64,000 bases of DNA from Bacilli bacterium (GTDB taxonomy: Bacteria; Bacillota_I; Bacilli_A; ML615J-28; CAG-313): assembly GCA_045589955.1 (NCBI GenBank), contig JAZNQD010000009.1, positions 184,876-248,875 on the forward strand, given 5' to 3'. Under the pieces are notes generated by a model that was not told where the DNA came from, searched no databases, and was given only the letters and a program-made list of their open reading frames with translations. The position numbers and the translations under genes are program-made. This document shows, piece by piece, positions 28,523 to 38,118 of this stretch (its first letter is position 1; every line of letters begins with the position of its first letter).

Positions 28523-29005
28523 TTAGTAATTTTTAGAAGTCCATTTTTTCCCTTTTACAGTCATTGCAATACGTCTTTTAGTATTCTGTCTGTTCATATG
28601 AAAATAATTTCTAATATCATGACCTTGATCGTGCATATATTTAGTCCAATGATCAAAAATTTCAAGTAATTCTTTTTCTTCTTCTTCAGATATATTTAAA
28701 CTTTTTCTGATATCCGCTGGTTTTGCTGGTAAATTTACATGTATCTTTTTATGCATATCACAGAATGCGTATTGTGCTGCTTTTAGACACTTTATAAATT
28801 CTTGCAGTGGGGGTATTTCTATTTTCATACCATATAAAAAGCGAATTATTTTTAAAATAATTGTTGGGTCATTTAAAATTGCCATTAGTTCAGTAAAACC
28901 TGGATAACCACGCGATTCTAACATAGTAAATGCAGTAAGAACCATCTCAGTGGATGCTAATTCTTCATTAGAAAGCGTAAAATATCCTCTTTCTTGTTTA
29001 CTCAT
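28523..29005 (-). CDS. Hypothetical protein, possibly Mor-like activator fold
   Basis: ELMAILNDPTIILKIIRFLYGMKIEIP loosely resembles the Mor family dimerisation motif. Confidence 0.3.
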   Translation of the reverse strand: MSKQERGYFTLSNEELASTEMVLTAFTMLESRGYPGFTELMAILNDPTIILKIIRFLYGMKIEIPPLQEFIKCLKAAQYAFCDMHKKIHVNLPAKPADIRKSLNISEEEEKELLEIFDHWTKYMHDQGHDIRNYFHMNRQNTKRRIAMTVKGKKWTSKNY

Positions 29006-29243
29006 TGCTACATTTCCATTTTCTACGATATTTTTCTAGTATGGGATATAATTGATATTGCCAAAGATTTAGTTTATAATTCTCTGAAGAAATTTCGTGT
29101 CTTTTATTTGGAATTTGTATAAAACCGCGTAAAAGAGTGATGAGCCACCTAATTTCATCTCTATTTGAAGTACATGTATCAAAAGTATCTTCAATTATAT
29201 CTTTTAAATCTTCTTCTGCTTGAAATTCAGTATAAATCATCAC
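28998..29243 (-). CDS. Hypothetical protein
   Basis: Overlapping, co-oriented ORF in the operon. Confidence 0.5.
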   Translation of the reverse strand: MMIYTEFQAEEDLKDIIEDTFDTCTSNRDEIRWLITLLRGFIQIPNKRHEISSENYKLNLWQYQLYPILEKYRRKWKCSNE

Positions 29244-29521
29244 TCAAATATCTTAAAGTCTGGTCCTTCTTCACAAATTTTTCTAATTAATTTAATATCA
29301 GATTTACCAATTAGTGAAATAAGACCTTGTATATCATTTTCTAATTTTAAACGATTTTTTTCATTTAAACTAAGCTTTCCAAAAAGAGTTTGTGAATTTC
29401 CATCAATTAAAACCTCTTGAAGACACCAAGTTAAATATGAATATAATACCATAGCTACTTTATACTCAGGTAATTCAGTGTCTTCAGCAATAGTTTTAAT
29501 TTTAGAGTAATTACTGCTCAT
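29240..29521 (-). CDS. HU/IHF-like DNA-binding protein (divergent)
   Basis: IAEDTELPEYKVAMVLYSYL...VLIDGNSQTLFGKLSL follows the HU helix-helix-FG pattern. Confidence 0.4.
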   Translation of the reverse strand: MSSNYSKIKTIAEDTELPEYKVAMVLYSYLTWCLQEVLIDGNSQTLFGKLSLNEKNRLKLENDIQGLISLIGKSDIKLIRKICEEGPDFKIFE

Positions 29522-29927
29522 TATCTAATTCTTCTTGTGTTTTTAACAAACCTTCTTTACGTAAACGTTTAAGATCTGTATTATTGGTAGCAATATGGTC
29601 TTGGAGTTGTTTTTGTTCTTTATATGAATTTACAACTTCATTCGCTTTTTCCCACCATAAATCGCGTACTTCTTTTTTATGAGCATATTCTTCGGCTAAG
29701 CATGAAAACATAACAATAAATTCTTGACCACCACCGAATTGAATTTTCTCGCCTTCTAAGGGTACGGTTGAATATTTGATAGGTGCCATTTTATATTTGT
29801 TATCAGCAGGGTCCCAACGAACGCCTCCTAATAAATTCATATATACACCTTTAGTATTTTCAGCCCATTCCTGTTGAGAAGCATATTCTTTTTCAGAAAT
29901 ATCGACATGTTTAGTTTCAATAGCCAT
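29511..29927 (-). CDS. Hypothetical protein
   Basis: ORF with RBS in the operon. Confidence 0.5.
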   Translation of the reverse strand: MAIETKHVDISEKEYASQQEWAENTKGVYMNLLGGVRWDPADNKYKMAPIKYSTVPLEGEKIQFGGGQEFIVMFSCLAEEYAHKKEVRDLWWEKANEVVNSYKEQKQLQDHIATNNTDLKRLRKEGLLKTQEELDNEQ

Positions 29928-29945
29928 TTATAATTTCCTCTCTTT

Positions 29946-30380
29946 TTAATAGTAATTTTTTATATATAACGGTAATTCTTTAAAACAATAAATTGAATCT
30001 TTTTGTAAAATTGTATCTGCCATATCTAAAATTTGTGACATTGTACATGGCTTATTTTCATATAAGATAGAACTTTCTGAAACGATTGTAATCTTAGATT
30101 TATAAAACTTTTTTACCACGCTGAGGGCTCTTTCATGCTTAGGTGTTAATCCTAAAACTGCCACGCTTTTATCGATTCGCCAATAATTAAAAAATTCGTT
30201 ATATTTTACATAGTTGTTTTTACGTAGATTGATTATTTTTGCTTTGGATAGCTCGTACTCTTCTGCTAAATCTTCAATAGGTATTCCGAAAGCAAGTTTT
30301 ATTAATAATTCAATCTTTGTTTCTGGATCGAGTTTGCTTTTAATTGTCATTTTTCTGTTATAATAGATAAAGTATTTCAA
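29946..30380 (-). CDS. HTH DNA-binding protein
   Basis: FGIPIEDLAEEYELSKAKIINLRK helix-turn-helix. Confidence 0.5.
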   Translation of the reverse strand: MKYFIYYNRKMTIKSKLDPETKIELLIKLAFGIPIEDLAEEYELSKAKIINLRKNNYVKYNEFFNYWRIDKSVAVLGLTPKHERALSVVKKFYKSKITIVSESSILYENKPCTMSQILDMADTILQKDSIYCFKELPLYIKNYY

Positions 30381-30453
30381 AATATTAGATAAAACGTATA
30401 ACTATTTTTCTAGAACAGCAATCATAAAATGGAAAATAAATAAAATTTTAATT

Positions 30454-30481
30454 AGTAGAAAATAAAGCGTTTATTATTCTA
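30454..30481 (+). promoter_or_regulatory. AGTAGAA-N-ATTCTA dyad upstream of glyA
   Basis: TAGAA-N16-TTCTA. Confidence 0.55.
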
Positions 30482-30511
30482 AATACTAAATTATGTAAAG
30501 GAGTATACTAA

Positions 30512-31900
30512 ATGATTGACATAAACATACAAAAAATTTTAGGTGAAGAAGTAGAACGCTTAAACCGTGATATTGAATTGATTGCTTCTGAAAATTATCC
30601 TTCTCAAGATATATTAGATTTAATGGGTTCACATTTTTCTGTTAAATATTCAGAAGGTTTTCCATTGTCAGTTTCTAAACAAGGTAGACATTATGCCGGC
30701 TGTGAAATAATTGATAAACTAGAAGAATATGCGATTGAGAATGCTTGTAAACTGTTTAAATGTAAGTATGCCAATGTTCAGCCTTGGTCTGGTTCACAAG
30801 CTAATTTGGCAGTATATGCAGGATTATTACTACCAGGTGATAAAATTTTAGGTATGGATTTAAATGCGGGTGGTCATTTAACACATGGTTCGAAAGCTTC
30901 TGATTCAAGTAAAGAATATATTGCGTATTACTATGGATTAGATAAAGATGGTTATTTAAATTATGACGAAATAAGAGATAAATTATATGAATGCAAACCG
31001 TCATTATTGATTGTAGGGGCAAGTGCTTATTCGCGAATTATTGACTTTGAAAGAATTAGAAGTCTTGTTGATGATTATAATCAGTCAGTATATTATGATT
31101 GCGGTGGTTCAAATAATCCCGATGCACCTACTAAATCTTGTTATTTAATGGTTGATATGGCTCATATTGCAGGATTAGTAGCGGCTGGAGTCCATCCATC
31201 ACCATTACCTTATGCAGATGTAGTTACTTCTACAACTCATAAAACATTAAGAGGTCCAAGAGGTGGTTTAATATTATGGAATGATGAAAAACTTTGTACA
31301 AAATTAAATAGTGGTGTATTTCCTAAAACACAAGGTGGAAGTAATCAAGCTGCCATTGCTGCTAAATGTCAATGTTTTATAGAAGCTCAACAACCTAGTT
31401 TTAGAAAATATGCAAAACAAATATTAAAAAATATGCAAGCACTTATGGAAGGTATTAAAAGTGCAGATACTGAAAATTTAATTGATTTTGTGTCTAAAGG
31501 TTCCGATAATCACCTTGTTTTATTAGATATTAAAAAAGTAGGCATTTATGGTAAAGAAGCCGAAGATAGATTAACTTCATATGGAATTATCTGTAATAAA
31601 AATATGATAGCAGGTGATACAAAACCTTCAGAATGTACAGGAATTCGTATTGGTACCGCAGCAATTACTACACGTGGATTTGATGAAGAAATGTGTTACG
31701 AACTCGGTAGAATAATTACTAAAATCTTAACTAATCCTAATTGTGATGAAAAGTCTAAAGAAGGTGTAATTGATTTAGAGCCTATTTCTATTAAAGTAAA
31801 ATTATCTAAAATGTTAGACCGAATTGGATCTTTTTATAAATCATCACTTGTAAATACTTATGTTGACACAGATTCTGATACACCAGATGATTTAGCGTAA
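30512..31900 (+). CDS. glyA: Serine hydroxymethyltransferase
   Basis: LIASENY, YSEG...Y.GCE, GGHLTHG, DMAHIAGLV, STTHKTLRGPRGG (PLP Lys), GIRIGTAAITTRG. Confidence 0.97.
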   Translation: MIDINIQKILGEEVERLNRDIELIASENYPSQDILDLMGSHFSVKYSEGFPLSVSKQGRHYAGCEIIDKLEEYAIENACKLFKCKYANVQPWSGSQANLAVYAGLLLPGDKILGMDLNAGGHLTHGSKASDSSKEYIAYYYGLDKDGYLNYDEIRDKLYECKPSLLIVGASAYSRIIDFERIRSLVDDYNQSVYYDCGGSNNPDAPTKSCYLMVDMAHIAGLVAAGVHPSPLPYADVVTSTTHKTLRGPRGGLILWNDEKLCTKLNSGVFPKTQGGSNQAAIAAKCQCFIEAQQPSFRKYAKQILKNMQALMEGIKSADTENLIDFVSKGSDNHLVLLDIKKVGIYGKEAEDRLTSYGIICNKNMIAGDTKPSECTGIRIGTAAITTRGFDEEMCYELGRIITKILTNPNCDEKSKEGVIDLEPISIKVKLSKMLDRIGSFYKSSLVNTYVDTDSDTPDDLA

Positions 31901-31982
31901 ATTCTGTTTTACTTTTTTATAAACATACGCTATTTACCGATCATAGCCAATTAAATAGTCAGATGAAAGGATATAAAAATAA

Positions 31983-32567
31983 ATGTTGGGATTTCCTGGA
32001 GTTATACATAGAGATAAAAACGGTAATGAAAGAATGATTGATTTACCCACACGTTTGCTCTGTGATAGAATTGTTATGGTAACAGGTGAAGTAACAGATG
32101 AATTAGCAGAGTCAGTTGTAGCACAATTACTTTACTTAGAGTCAGTTGATAAAGATAAACCAATTAATATGTTTGTTATGGGACCAGGTGGAGTAGTTAC
32201 TGCTGGATTTGCAATTATTTCTACAATGAATACTATTAAATGTCCAGTATATACTACTATTATAGGTCAAGTTGCTAGTATGTCATCCGTTATTGCAGCA
32301 TCTGGTGAAAAAGGTCATAGAAAAATTTATCCATTATCACGAGTAATGTTACATCAAGTATCTGGTGGTTATAGAGGTAATGTTCAAGATGCTAGAGTTA
32401 ATTATAAAGAAATGGAAAGAATTAATGATTTAGCAATGGAACATTTGGCAAAATGTTGTGGAAAAGATTTAGAAACATTAAAAGCAGATTGTGAAAGAGA
32501 CGCTTGGTTTTCTTCTGAAGAAATAGTTGCCTATGGTATGGTTGACAAAATAACTGAGCCAAGATAA
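31983..32567 (+). CDS. clpP: ATP-dependent Clp protease proteolytic subunit
   Basis: SVVAQLLYLE, GQVASM (catalytic Ser), MLHQ (His), ERD (Asp). Confidence 0.92.
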   Translation: MLGFPGVIHRDKNGNERMIDLPTRLLCDRIVMVTGEVTDELAESVVAQLLYLESVDKDKPINMFVMGPGGVVTAGFAIISTMNTIKCPVYTTIIGQVASMSSVIAASGEKGHRKIYPLSRVMLHQVSGGYRGNVQDARVNYKEMERINDLAMEHLAKCCGKDLETLKADCERDAWFSSEEIVAYGMVDKITEPR

Positions 32568-32575
32568 TTTAAAAT

Positions 32576-32604
32576 AAAGGGGATATAAAAATATCTCCTT
32601 TTTA
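32576..32604 (+). terminator. Intrinsic terminator after clpP
   Basis: AAAGGGGATAT-AAAA-ATATCTCCTTT plus T-run. Confidence 0.65.
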
Positions 32605-32607
32605 TTT

Positions 32608-32635
32608 AGTAGAAAATACAAATCTTTATATTCTA
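32608..32635 (+). promoter_or_regulatory. AGTAGAA-N-ATTCTA dyad upstream of recA
   Basis: TAGAA-N16-TTCTA. Confidence 0.55.
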
Positions 32636-32666
32636 TAAAATAGTTTCTTACAAAGAGAGGTTAATA

Positions 32667-33761
32667 ATGGCTAAAAAAGAAGAAGATTCACAATTAGATA
32701 AAGATATGAAAGCAGCATTGGCACTAATTACAAAACAATTTGGAGATGATGCTTTAATGACTTTTGATGATGCAAGTATTAAAAAGGTTGATACTATTTC
32801 AACAGGTTCACTTAATCTTGATGTTGCTCTGGGTGTAGGTGGTTTACCGGAAGGAAGAATTAATACTATTTATGGTGAAGCTTCGAGTGGTAAATCTACT
32901 ATTGCTTTACAGTTAGTTGCAAATGCTCAGAAAAAAGGATATTTATGTGCATATTTAGATTCAGAACATGCTGTTGATTTAGGATATGCAAAAGCTTTAG
33001 GTGTAGATTTAAAACACTTATTATTTGCTCAGCCTGAATCCGGTACGGTTTGTTTTTCGATTGCGGAAACATTATTAAAGCAAGGTAAAGTTAAACTTAT
33101 TGTATTTGATTCAGTTTCAACAATGTTATCTGATTCTGAAATTAATGGTGAAATGGGTGGTAACTTTATTGGACGTCAAGCCAAAATGATGTCAGATGGT
33201 TTAAAACGTATTACTCCATTAGCCGCAAAATCAAATTGTATGTGTTTCTTTATTTCTCAGACTCGTAAAAACATTGGTGTAATGTATGGTGATACCGATG
33301 TAATGAGCGGTGGTGAATCATTAAAATTTTATTCTTCGGTTATTATGAAAATTTGGAAAAAACAAAGCCCTACCACGGAGAAATTAAATGGTGAAGACAT
33401 CGCAACCTCAGTTGAAACTACTGTCAAAGTTGTTAAAAATAAAGTTGCTCCTCCTTTCCGTACGGCTAAGTTTATTATTCGCTATGGTAAAGGTATCTCT
33501 CAAGAAGAAGAAATATTAGATTTGGCATTTAAATTTGGTCTTCTTGAAAAAGCAGGAAGTTGGGTAAAATATAAAGGTGAAAATATTGCCCAAGGTAAAG
33601 AAAAGGCTATGGTATGGTTAAAAGAAGATCCAGAACGTATGGAACATTTTAAACAAACCGTGCTTGAGTATATTACCAATAAAAGTGAAGAAATGGATCT
33701 TGTTTCTGATGAGGAAGAGGAATTAGAATATGATCCAGTAACCGGTGAAATTTTAGAATAA
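32667..33761 (+). CDS. recA: RecA/UvsX recombinase
   Basis: ISTGSLNLDVALG.GGLP.GR, GEASSGKST, LIVFDSV, GGESLKFYSS, KNKVAPPF. Confidence 0.95.
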   Translation: MAKKEEDSQLDKDMKAALALITKQFGDDALMTFDDASIKKVDTISTGSLNLDVALGVGGLPEGRINTIYGEASSGKSTIALQLVANAQKKGYLCAYLDSEHAVDLGYAKALGVDLKHLLFAQPESGTVCFSIAETLLKQGKVKLIVFDSVSTMLSDSEINGEMGGNFIGRQAKMMSDGLKRITPLAAKSNCMCFFISQTRKNIGVMYGDTDVMSGGESLKFYSSVIMKIWKKQSPTTEKLNGEDIATSVETTVKVVKNKVAPPFRTAKFIIRYGKGISQEEEILDLAFKFGLLEKAGSWVKYKGENIAQGKEKAMVWLKEDPERMEHFKQTVLEYITNKSEEMDLVSDEEEELEYDPVTGEILE

Positions 33762-33772
33762 GGAAAAACTCA

Positions 33773-34108
33773 ATGATTGAATTTTTGAAGAAGTTATTTG
33801 CTTTACTTCGTGATATTTTTGCGCCAAAAAATATTGTTGTAGATGAAGCGCCTGAAATTACAGTAGAAGTTGAACGTAGAGGTGTTACAATTATTTTACC
33901 TGTAAATATTTGGGAAGAGTTAGAATCTAAGAATTATAGTATTAGTGTGGTAATGTATAAAGGTAAACCTTCATCAGTACAAGTATTAACGACTGAAGAT
34001 GGTAAAAGTAAATACATTAGTACATTAAAAGCTTATATGAACATCAAATCGTTCATTAATGGTAATCCTTGTGATTATCGTAAAGAAAACTTAATTTTTA
34101 ATGATTAA
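33773..34108 (+). CDS. Hypothetical protein
   Basis: ORF with RBS in the operon. Confidence 0.5.
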   Translation: MIEFLKKLFALLRDIFAPKNIVVDEAPEITVEVERRGVTIILPVNIWEELESKNYSISVVMYKGKPSSVQVLTTEDGKSKYISTLKAYMNIKSFINGNPCDYRKENLIFND

Positions 34109-34122
34109 TAAAGGAGATAATC

Positions 34123-34368
34123 ATGTCAGAAATCGGTGGAATTGATAACGCTCGTTTGAAATCTTTGATTGAACGTATCGAACGCTTGGAAGAAGAAAAA
34201 AAAGGCGTTGGTAATGATATTAAAGATATTTATGCCGAAGCTAAATCAGCAGGTTTCGATGTAAAAGCTTTACGCCATGTTATTAAACAACGTGCAAAAG
34301 CTAAAAACGAAAGAGATGAAGAAAGACACATTTTTGCTCTTTATGAAGCGGCCGCTGGATTAGAATAA
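34123..34368 (+). CDS. gapR: GapR/DUF2312 nucleoid-associated protein
   Basis: LKSLIERIERLEEEKK...DIKDIYAEAKSAGFDVKALRHVIKQR. Confidence 0.9.
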   Translation: MSEIGGIDNARLKSLIERIERLEEEKKGVGNDIKDIYAEAKSAGFDVKALRHVIKQRAKAKNERDEERHIFALYEAAAGLE

Positions 34369-34396
34369 AAAATTTATATTTTTTGAAAATTAAAAA

Positions 34397-34425
34397 AGTA
34401 GAATACAGGTCGAGCTTGTATTCTA
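34397..34425 (+). promoter_or_regulatory. AGTAGAA-N-ATTCTA dyad upstream of the DNA polymerase
   Basis: TAGAA-N17-TTCTA; could also act as a terminator hairpin. Confidence 0.5.
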
Positions 34426-34462
34426 TTTTTTATGATACAAATATAATGAAAGATAGGTAACA

Positions 34463-37400
34463 ATGAGTATATTTGCAGAATCTAAAGTTTTTTTAAGTAG
34501 AAGCAAATCAGATTATATCAGTCAAAACTGTCCAACTTTGATTTTGATAGCTAAGGAACCGCTCGAACGTGATAGAATGGAAATTCTTGATTCTCCACAA
34601 GGGCGTACTTACTTATCTGAATGCTTTAAAAGTAAGTATAAAGCAAGTACCACTCATATTACCTATATTAAAGATGCCGTTTCTAATTTTAGTTCAACAA
34701 TTCTACCTGAAATTTTAGCTGTATATACTGAACGATTAGGATTAAATTGTGAACAAGTTGTATTAGGCTTTATTGGACAAGAAGCTTTAGATACTTTTGA
34801 GACTGAAATTGATACTGGATATAATCCTTCTCAAATGTGTGATTATATCTTAGATAAAACGAATAAAGTCATTAGATATTCAGACCAACGTGTTACAGGT
34901 AGGTTTAGAAAAAGCATACCTTATACAGTTTTACCGGGTTTAAATGAGGCTTCTACATTAACGGCTGCTTTAAATGATATTGAGATAACTGGTTTACAGA
35001 TTGAATCTCCTTATTGTAGTACAGGTGAAATTATCAATAAATTTAATCAAATAATTGAATTATATGAAAATTCTTTTATTAAAGGCTTTTGTTTTGACTT
35101 TAAATTTAATGAAGTATCAAATAGAGTTGATTATTTTACAGTATTTGATAGCTTAACTAATGAAACATTATCTTATTGCAAAAATGATATACTTTGTGAA
35201 AATGATTCAGCACAGTTAAGAGAAGAATATGTCAATACTTTTAAAAATCTGTTAAAAAAGGTACCTGTATATAGTAATGATTTAGATATGACTAAAAAGG
35301 CATTGTCTTTGTGTCGATTTGATTTTGAAATATCCTATATTGACAAAGAAACTGGAAATACTTGCTTAGATAAATCATTTGTAATAACTGGTGATGCCAA
35401 TGGTACAGTATCAGAGTGGTATGATAATTGGAATAAAAAAGTTTTTCCAACATTAGGCTTAAAAAAGACCTCAGAAGAAGCCAAACGTTTAGGTTATTCC
35501 GATGATGTTAAATATGAATGGATATACGATATTGAGGTATTTAAACATGATTGGCTATTCGTTGCTAAATCTATGGATGGAAAGAGTAAAGTAATTTGTT
35601 GGAATGATCCTTATTCGTTACGAGATTGGATTAAAAACAAAATTTTAATTGGATTTAATAACGCAGCATACGACGATGATGTAATTAAGTATGCTATGTC
35701 TCTTCCTTATATAGATACAAAAAATCTTAAAGGACCGGTTAAATCTGTTAAAGAATATTCAGATATGTTAATTAATGATGAAGGTAAAGGTTATAGACCA
35801 AAGACAATAGGCTATAAAAATCCACCATTTTTATCATGGGACGTTAGTTTTCATATGCCATTTGATATTAGACGAAATTCATTGAAAAAATTAACAATGT
35901 CTGTATTAAATCGAAAAAATTATGATTCGTCTGTACCTTTTACAATTGAAACTAAATTAACGCCTTCTCAACGCTTAGATGTTGAAAAGTATTGCGAAAT
36001 GGACGTGGACAATACTCGTGATTTATTCTTACCAGATCCAGCCGATGTAGAAGCACAAAAAGAAAATCCTAAGCATAAGTTTAGAGAATTTGCAAGAGAT
36101 TCATATGATATTCGTTGGAATTTGATTATTGAATATAATATGACACCAAAAACTCTTATCAATAAAGCTTCTTCGTTTGCAGGAAAAGTATTATGTGGTG
36201 AGGATGCTAAACCTAATTCAGAATATACTTTTAAAATTGTAGATGGAAAAAAACAATATTATTCCATACCAGAACAAGCTCTTACTGAGTTGGCTGGTTC
36301 GCCTGTATTACAATTCTATCTTGATAATCAAAGTAATAGAGATTATATTCATGAAAAATTTGAATATTATTTAGGTGGTGATGACGACGGACATAAATAT
36401 CAATTTGGTTTTGGAGGTTTACACCAAGCACTTTTAGGTTATGGTTCAACTAATTTAGTAAACATGGACGTGGCTTCTCTATACCCATCTTTATTAGTGC
36501 AATATAATTTAATGTCACGAGGTGCTAAAAATCCAGAGTCATATAAAGAAGTGTACGAGACAAGATTGGCTGCAAAACGTGAAGGTAAAACATTACTTAA
36601 TTTAGGTCTTAAGCTTATTTTAAACGGTTCCATTGGTGCTATGTTGTCAGAATATAATCCATTATATGATACATGGTCTAATTCATCAATTTGTGTACAT
36701 GGTCAGTTATTGTTATTTATATTGGTTAAACGTTTATATGATGCTGGCTTTAATATCGTACAAACAAACACTGATGGTATTATGATAGAAAGACAAGCAG
36801 ATGTTGATTTTATGCCTATTTGTAAACAATGGGAAGAAGATTCTAGACTAGTTTTAGAGTATGATGAAATTGATATTTTACAACAAAACAATGTGAATAA
36901 CTACTATTGTAAATTTACAAATGGAAAAGTTAAATCTAAAGGCTTTTATCTATCAAATGAAAAATTTGGTAAAGCAACTTCAAAGATTTTATGTAATATA
37001 GTGACTAATAAACCAGCTCTTGAGGGTACTGAGCCTAGAGATTATGTAATTTATAAAAAGCATAGTATAGGTGAGATTTATGACGGCATAACACGTGAAA
37101 AATTAGAAGGTAGAAGTTTAGCTTTTGTTGTTGGATATGCTGATGATCCGCGTACTCAATCTTATTACAGTAGAAGTAAAAATGAACGAGAAGTGGTAGT
37201 AAAAGATGAAAGAGGTAAGCCAGTTTTAGATGAATCTGGACAAGCTGTTACAACTATAGTAAATACAGAGAGTAAAATCACAGGTTTTACAGATAATATG
37301 TTATTAGTAGACGATGTGAATACTTTAACTATGGAAGAGATCAATACTCGTGAATATATCAACTTTGCTAAAAACTTATTGAATCAGGTTGAAGATTTTG

Positions 37401-38116
37401 GTCCATATTATGATGTTGGTTTTGTAAAGTCCGAAGAGCCTACATATTTACAAGCATTGAATCCATTAAAAGATAACACAGATCCTCATCCTACAAAAAG
37501 TGGTGTTATATGTCAAAACTTCTTATTTGAATGTGATTATGCGACTAAAGAAGAACAAGAAGAGTTAATTGAGGCTTGTAAAGATAAATTATATAGAGTA
37601 GTTTGGTCAGGTAACAAATCATATCACTGCGTAGTTAGATTAGATGCTCCTGTTACATCTACAAATTATAAAAAAGTTTGGTATTATTTGAAATATAAAT
37701 TAGGTTTTGTAGGTGCAGATGAACAATGCTCTATCCCTTCAAAATATACGCGTGTACCAGATCAAATTAATCCTAAGACTGGTAATATGCAAGTTTTATA
37801 CAGCGAAGATAAAAATGTACTAAGTAAAGCTGAAATATTAGAAGCTATGCCAAAACTAAAAGATGAAATTAAACCAATAACAAGCTATAAAGGTCAAGTA
37901 ACATTAAAAGCTTTGGAAAGACATATTAAACGTCAAGATTGGGGTGAAGGTAATCGTTTTAGTGCGGTTCAAAAATTAAGTCCTATTTTAATTTCACAGG
38001 TAGAGTATGAAACTTTGTTGGGCATGATACCTGTTAAATTAGATAAAGACCATAAGCGTGTAATACGAGCAAAATATTTTTATTGGGAAAAATACAAAGA
38101 TGAAAGTGGAGAATAA
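34463..38116 (+). CDS. Family B DNA polymerase fused to a C-terminal AEP primase/PriCT domain; N-terminal extension possibly UDG-like
   Basis: Exonuclease YDIEVF and IGFNNAAYD; pol motifs DVASLYPS, KLILNGSIG and NTDG; AEP-like FLFECD, SGNKSYH and D...TRVP. Confidence 0.8.
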   Translation: MSIFAESKVFLSRSKSDYISQNCPTLILIAKEPLERDRMEILDSPQGRTYLSECFKSKYKASTTHITYIKDAVSNFSSTILPEILAVYTERLGLNCEQVVLGFIGQEALDTFETEIDTGYNPSQMCDYILDKTNKVIRYSDQRVTGRFRKSIPYTVLPGLNEASTLTAALNDIEITGLQIESPYCSTGEIINKFNQIIELYENSFIKGFCFDFKFNEVSNRVDYFTVFDSLTNETLSYCKNDILCENDSAQLREEYVNTFKNLLKKVPVYSNDLDMTKKALSLCRFDFEISYIDKETGNTCLDKSFVITGDANGTVSEWYDNWNKKVFPTLGLKKTSEEAKRLGYSDDVKYEWIYDIEVFKHDWLFVAKSMDGKSKVICWNDPYSLRDWIKNKILIGFNNAAYDDDVIKYAMSLPYIDTKNLKGPVKSVKEYSDMLINDEGKGYRPKTIGYKNPPFLSWDVSFHMPFDIRRNSLKKLTMSVLNRKNYDSSVPFTIETKLTPSQRLDVEKYCEMDVDNTRDLFLPDPADVEAQKENPKHKFREFARDSYDIRWNLIIEYNMTPKTLINKASSFAGKVLCGEDAKPNSEYTFKIVDGKKQYYSIPEQALTELAGSPVLQFYLDNQSNRDYIHEKFEYYLGGDDDGHKYQFGFGGLHQALLGYGSTNLVNMDVASLYPSLLVQYNLMSRGAKNPESYKEVYETRLAAKREGKTLLNLGLKLILNGSIGAMLSEYNPLYDTWSNSSICVHGQLLLFILVKRLYDAGFNIVQTNTDGIMIERQADVDFMPICKQWEEDSRLVLEYDEIDILQQNNVNNYYCKFTNGKVKSKGFYLSNEKFGKATSKILCNIVTNKPALEGTEPRDYVIYKKHSIGEIYDGITREKLEGRSLAFVVGYADDPRTQSYYSRSKNEREVVVKDERGKPVLDESGQAVTTIVNTESKITGFTDNMLLVDDVNTLTMEEINTREYINFAKNLLNQVEDFGPYYDVGFVKSEEPTYLQALNPLKDNTDPHPTKSGVICQNFLFECDYATKEEQEELIEACKDKLYRVVWSGNKSYHCVVRLDAPVTSTNYKKVWYYLKYKLGFVGADEQCSIPSKYTRVPDQINPKTGNMQVLYSEDKNVLSKAEILEAMPKLKDEIKPITSYKGQVTLKALERHIKRQDWGEGNRFSAVQKLSPILISQVEYETLLGMIPVKLDKDHKRVIRAKYFYWEKYKDESGE

Positions 38117-38118
38117 TT

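Noticed and set aside
34391-34431. Hairpin before the polymerase as only a terminator
   Set aside because: It could terminate the recA operon, but it matches the five-copy dyad, so it is reported under that motif.
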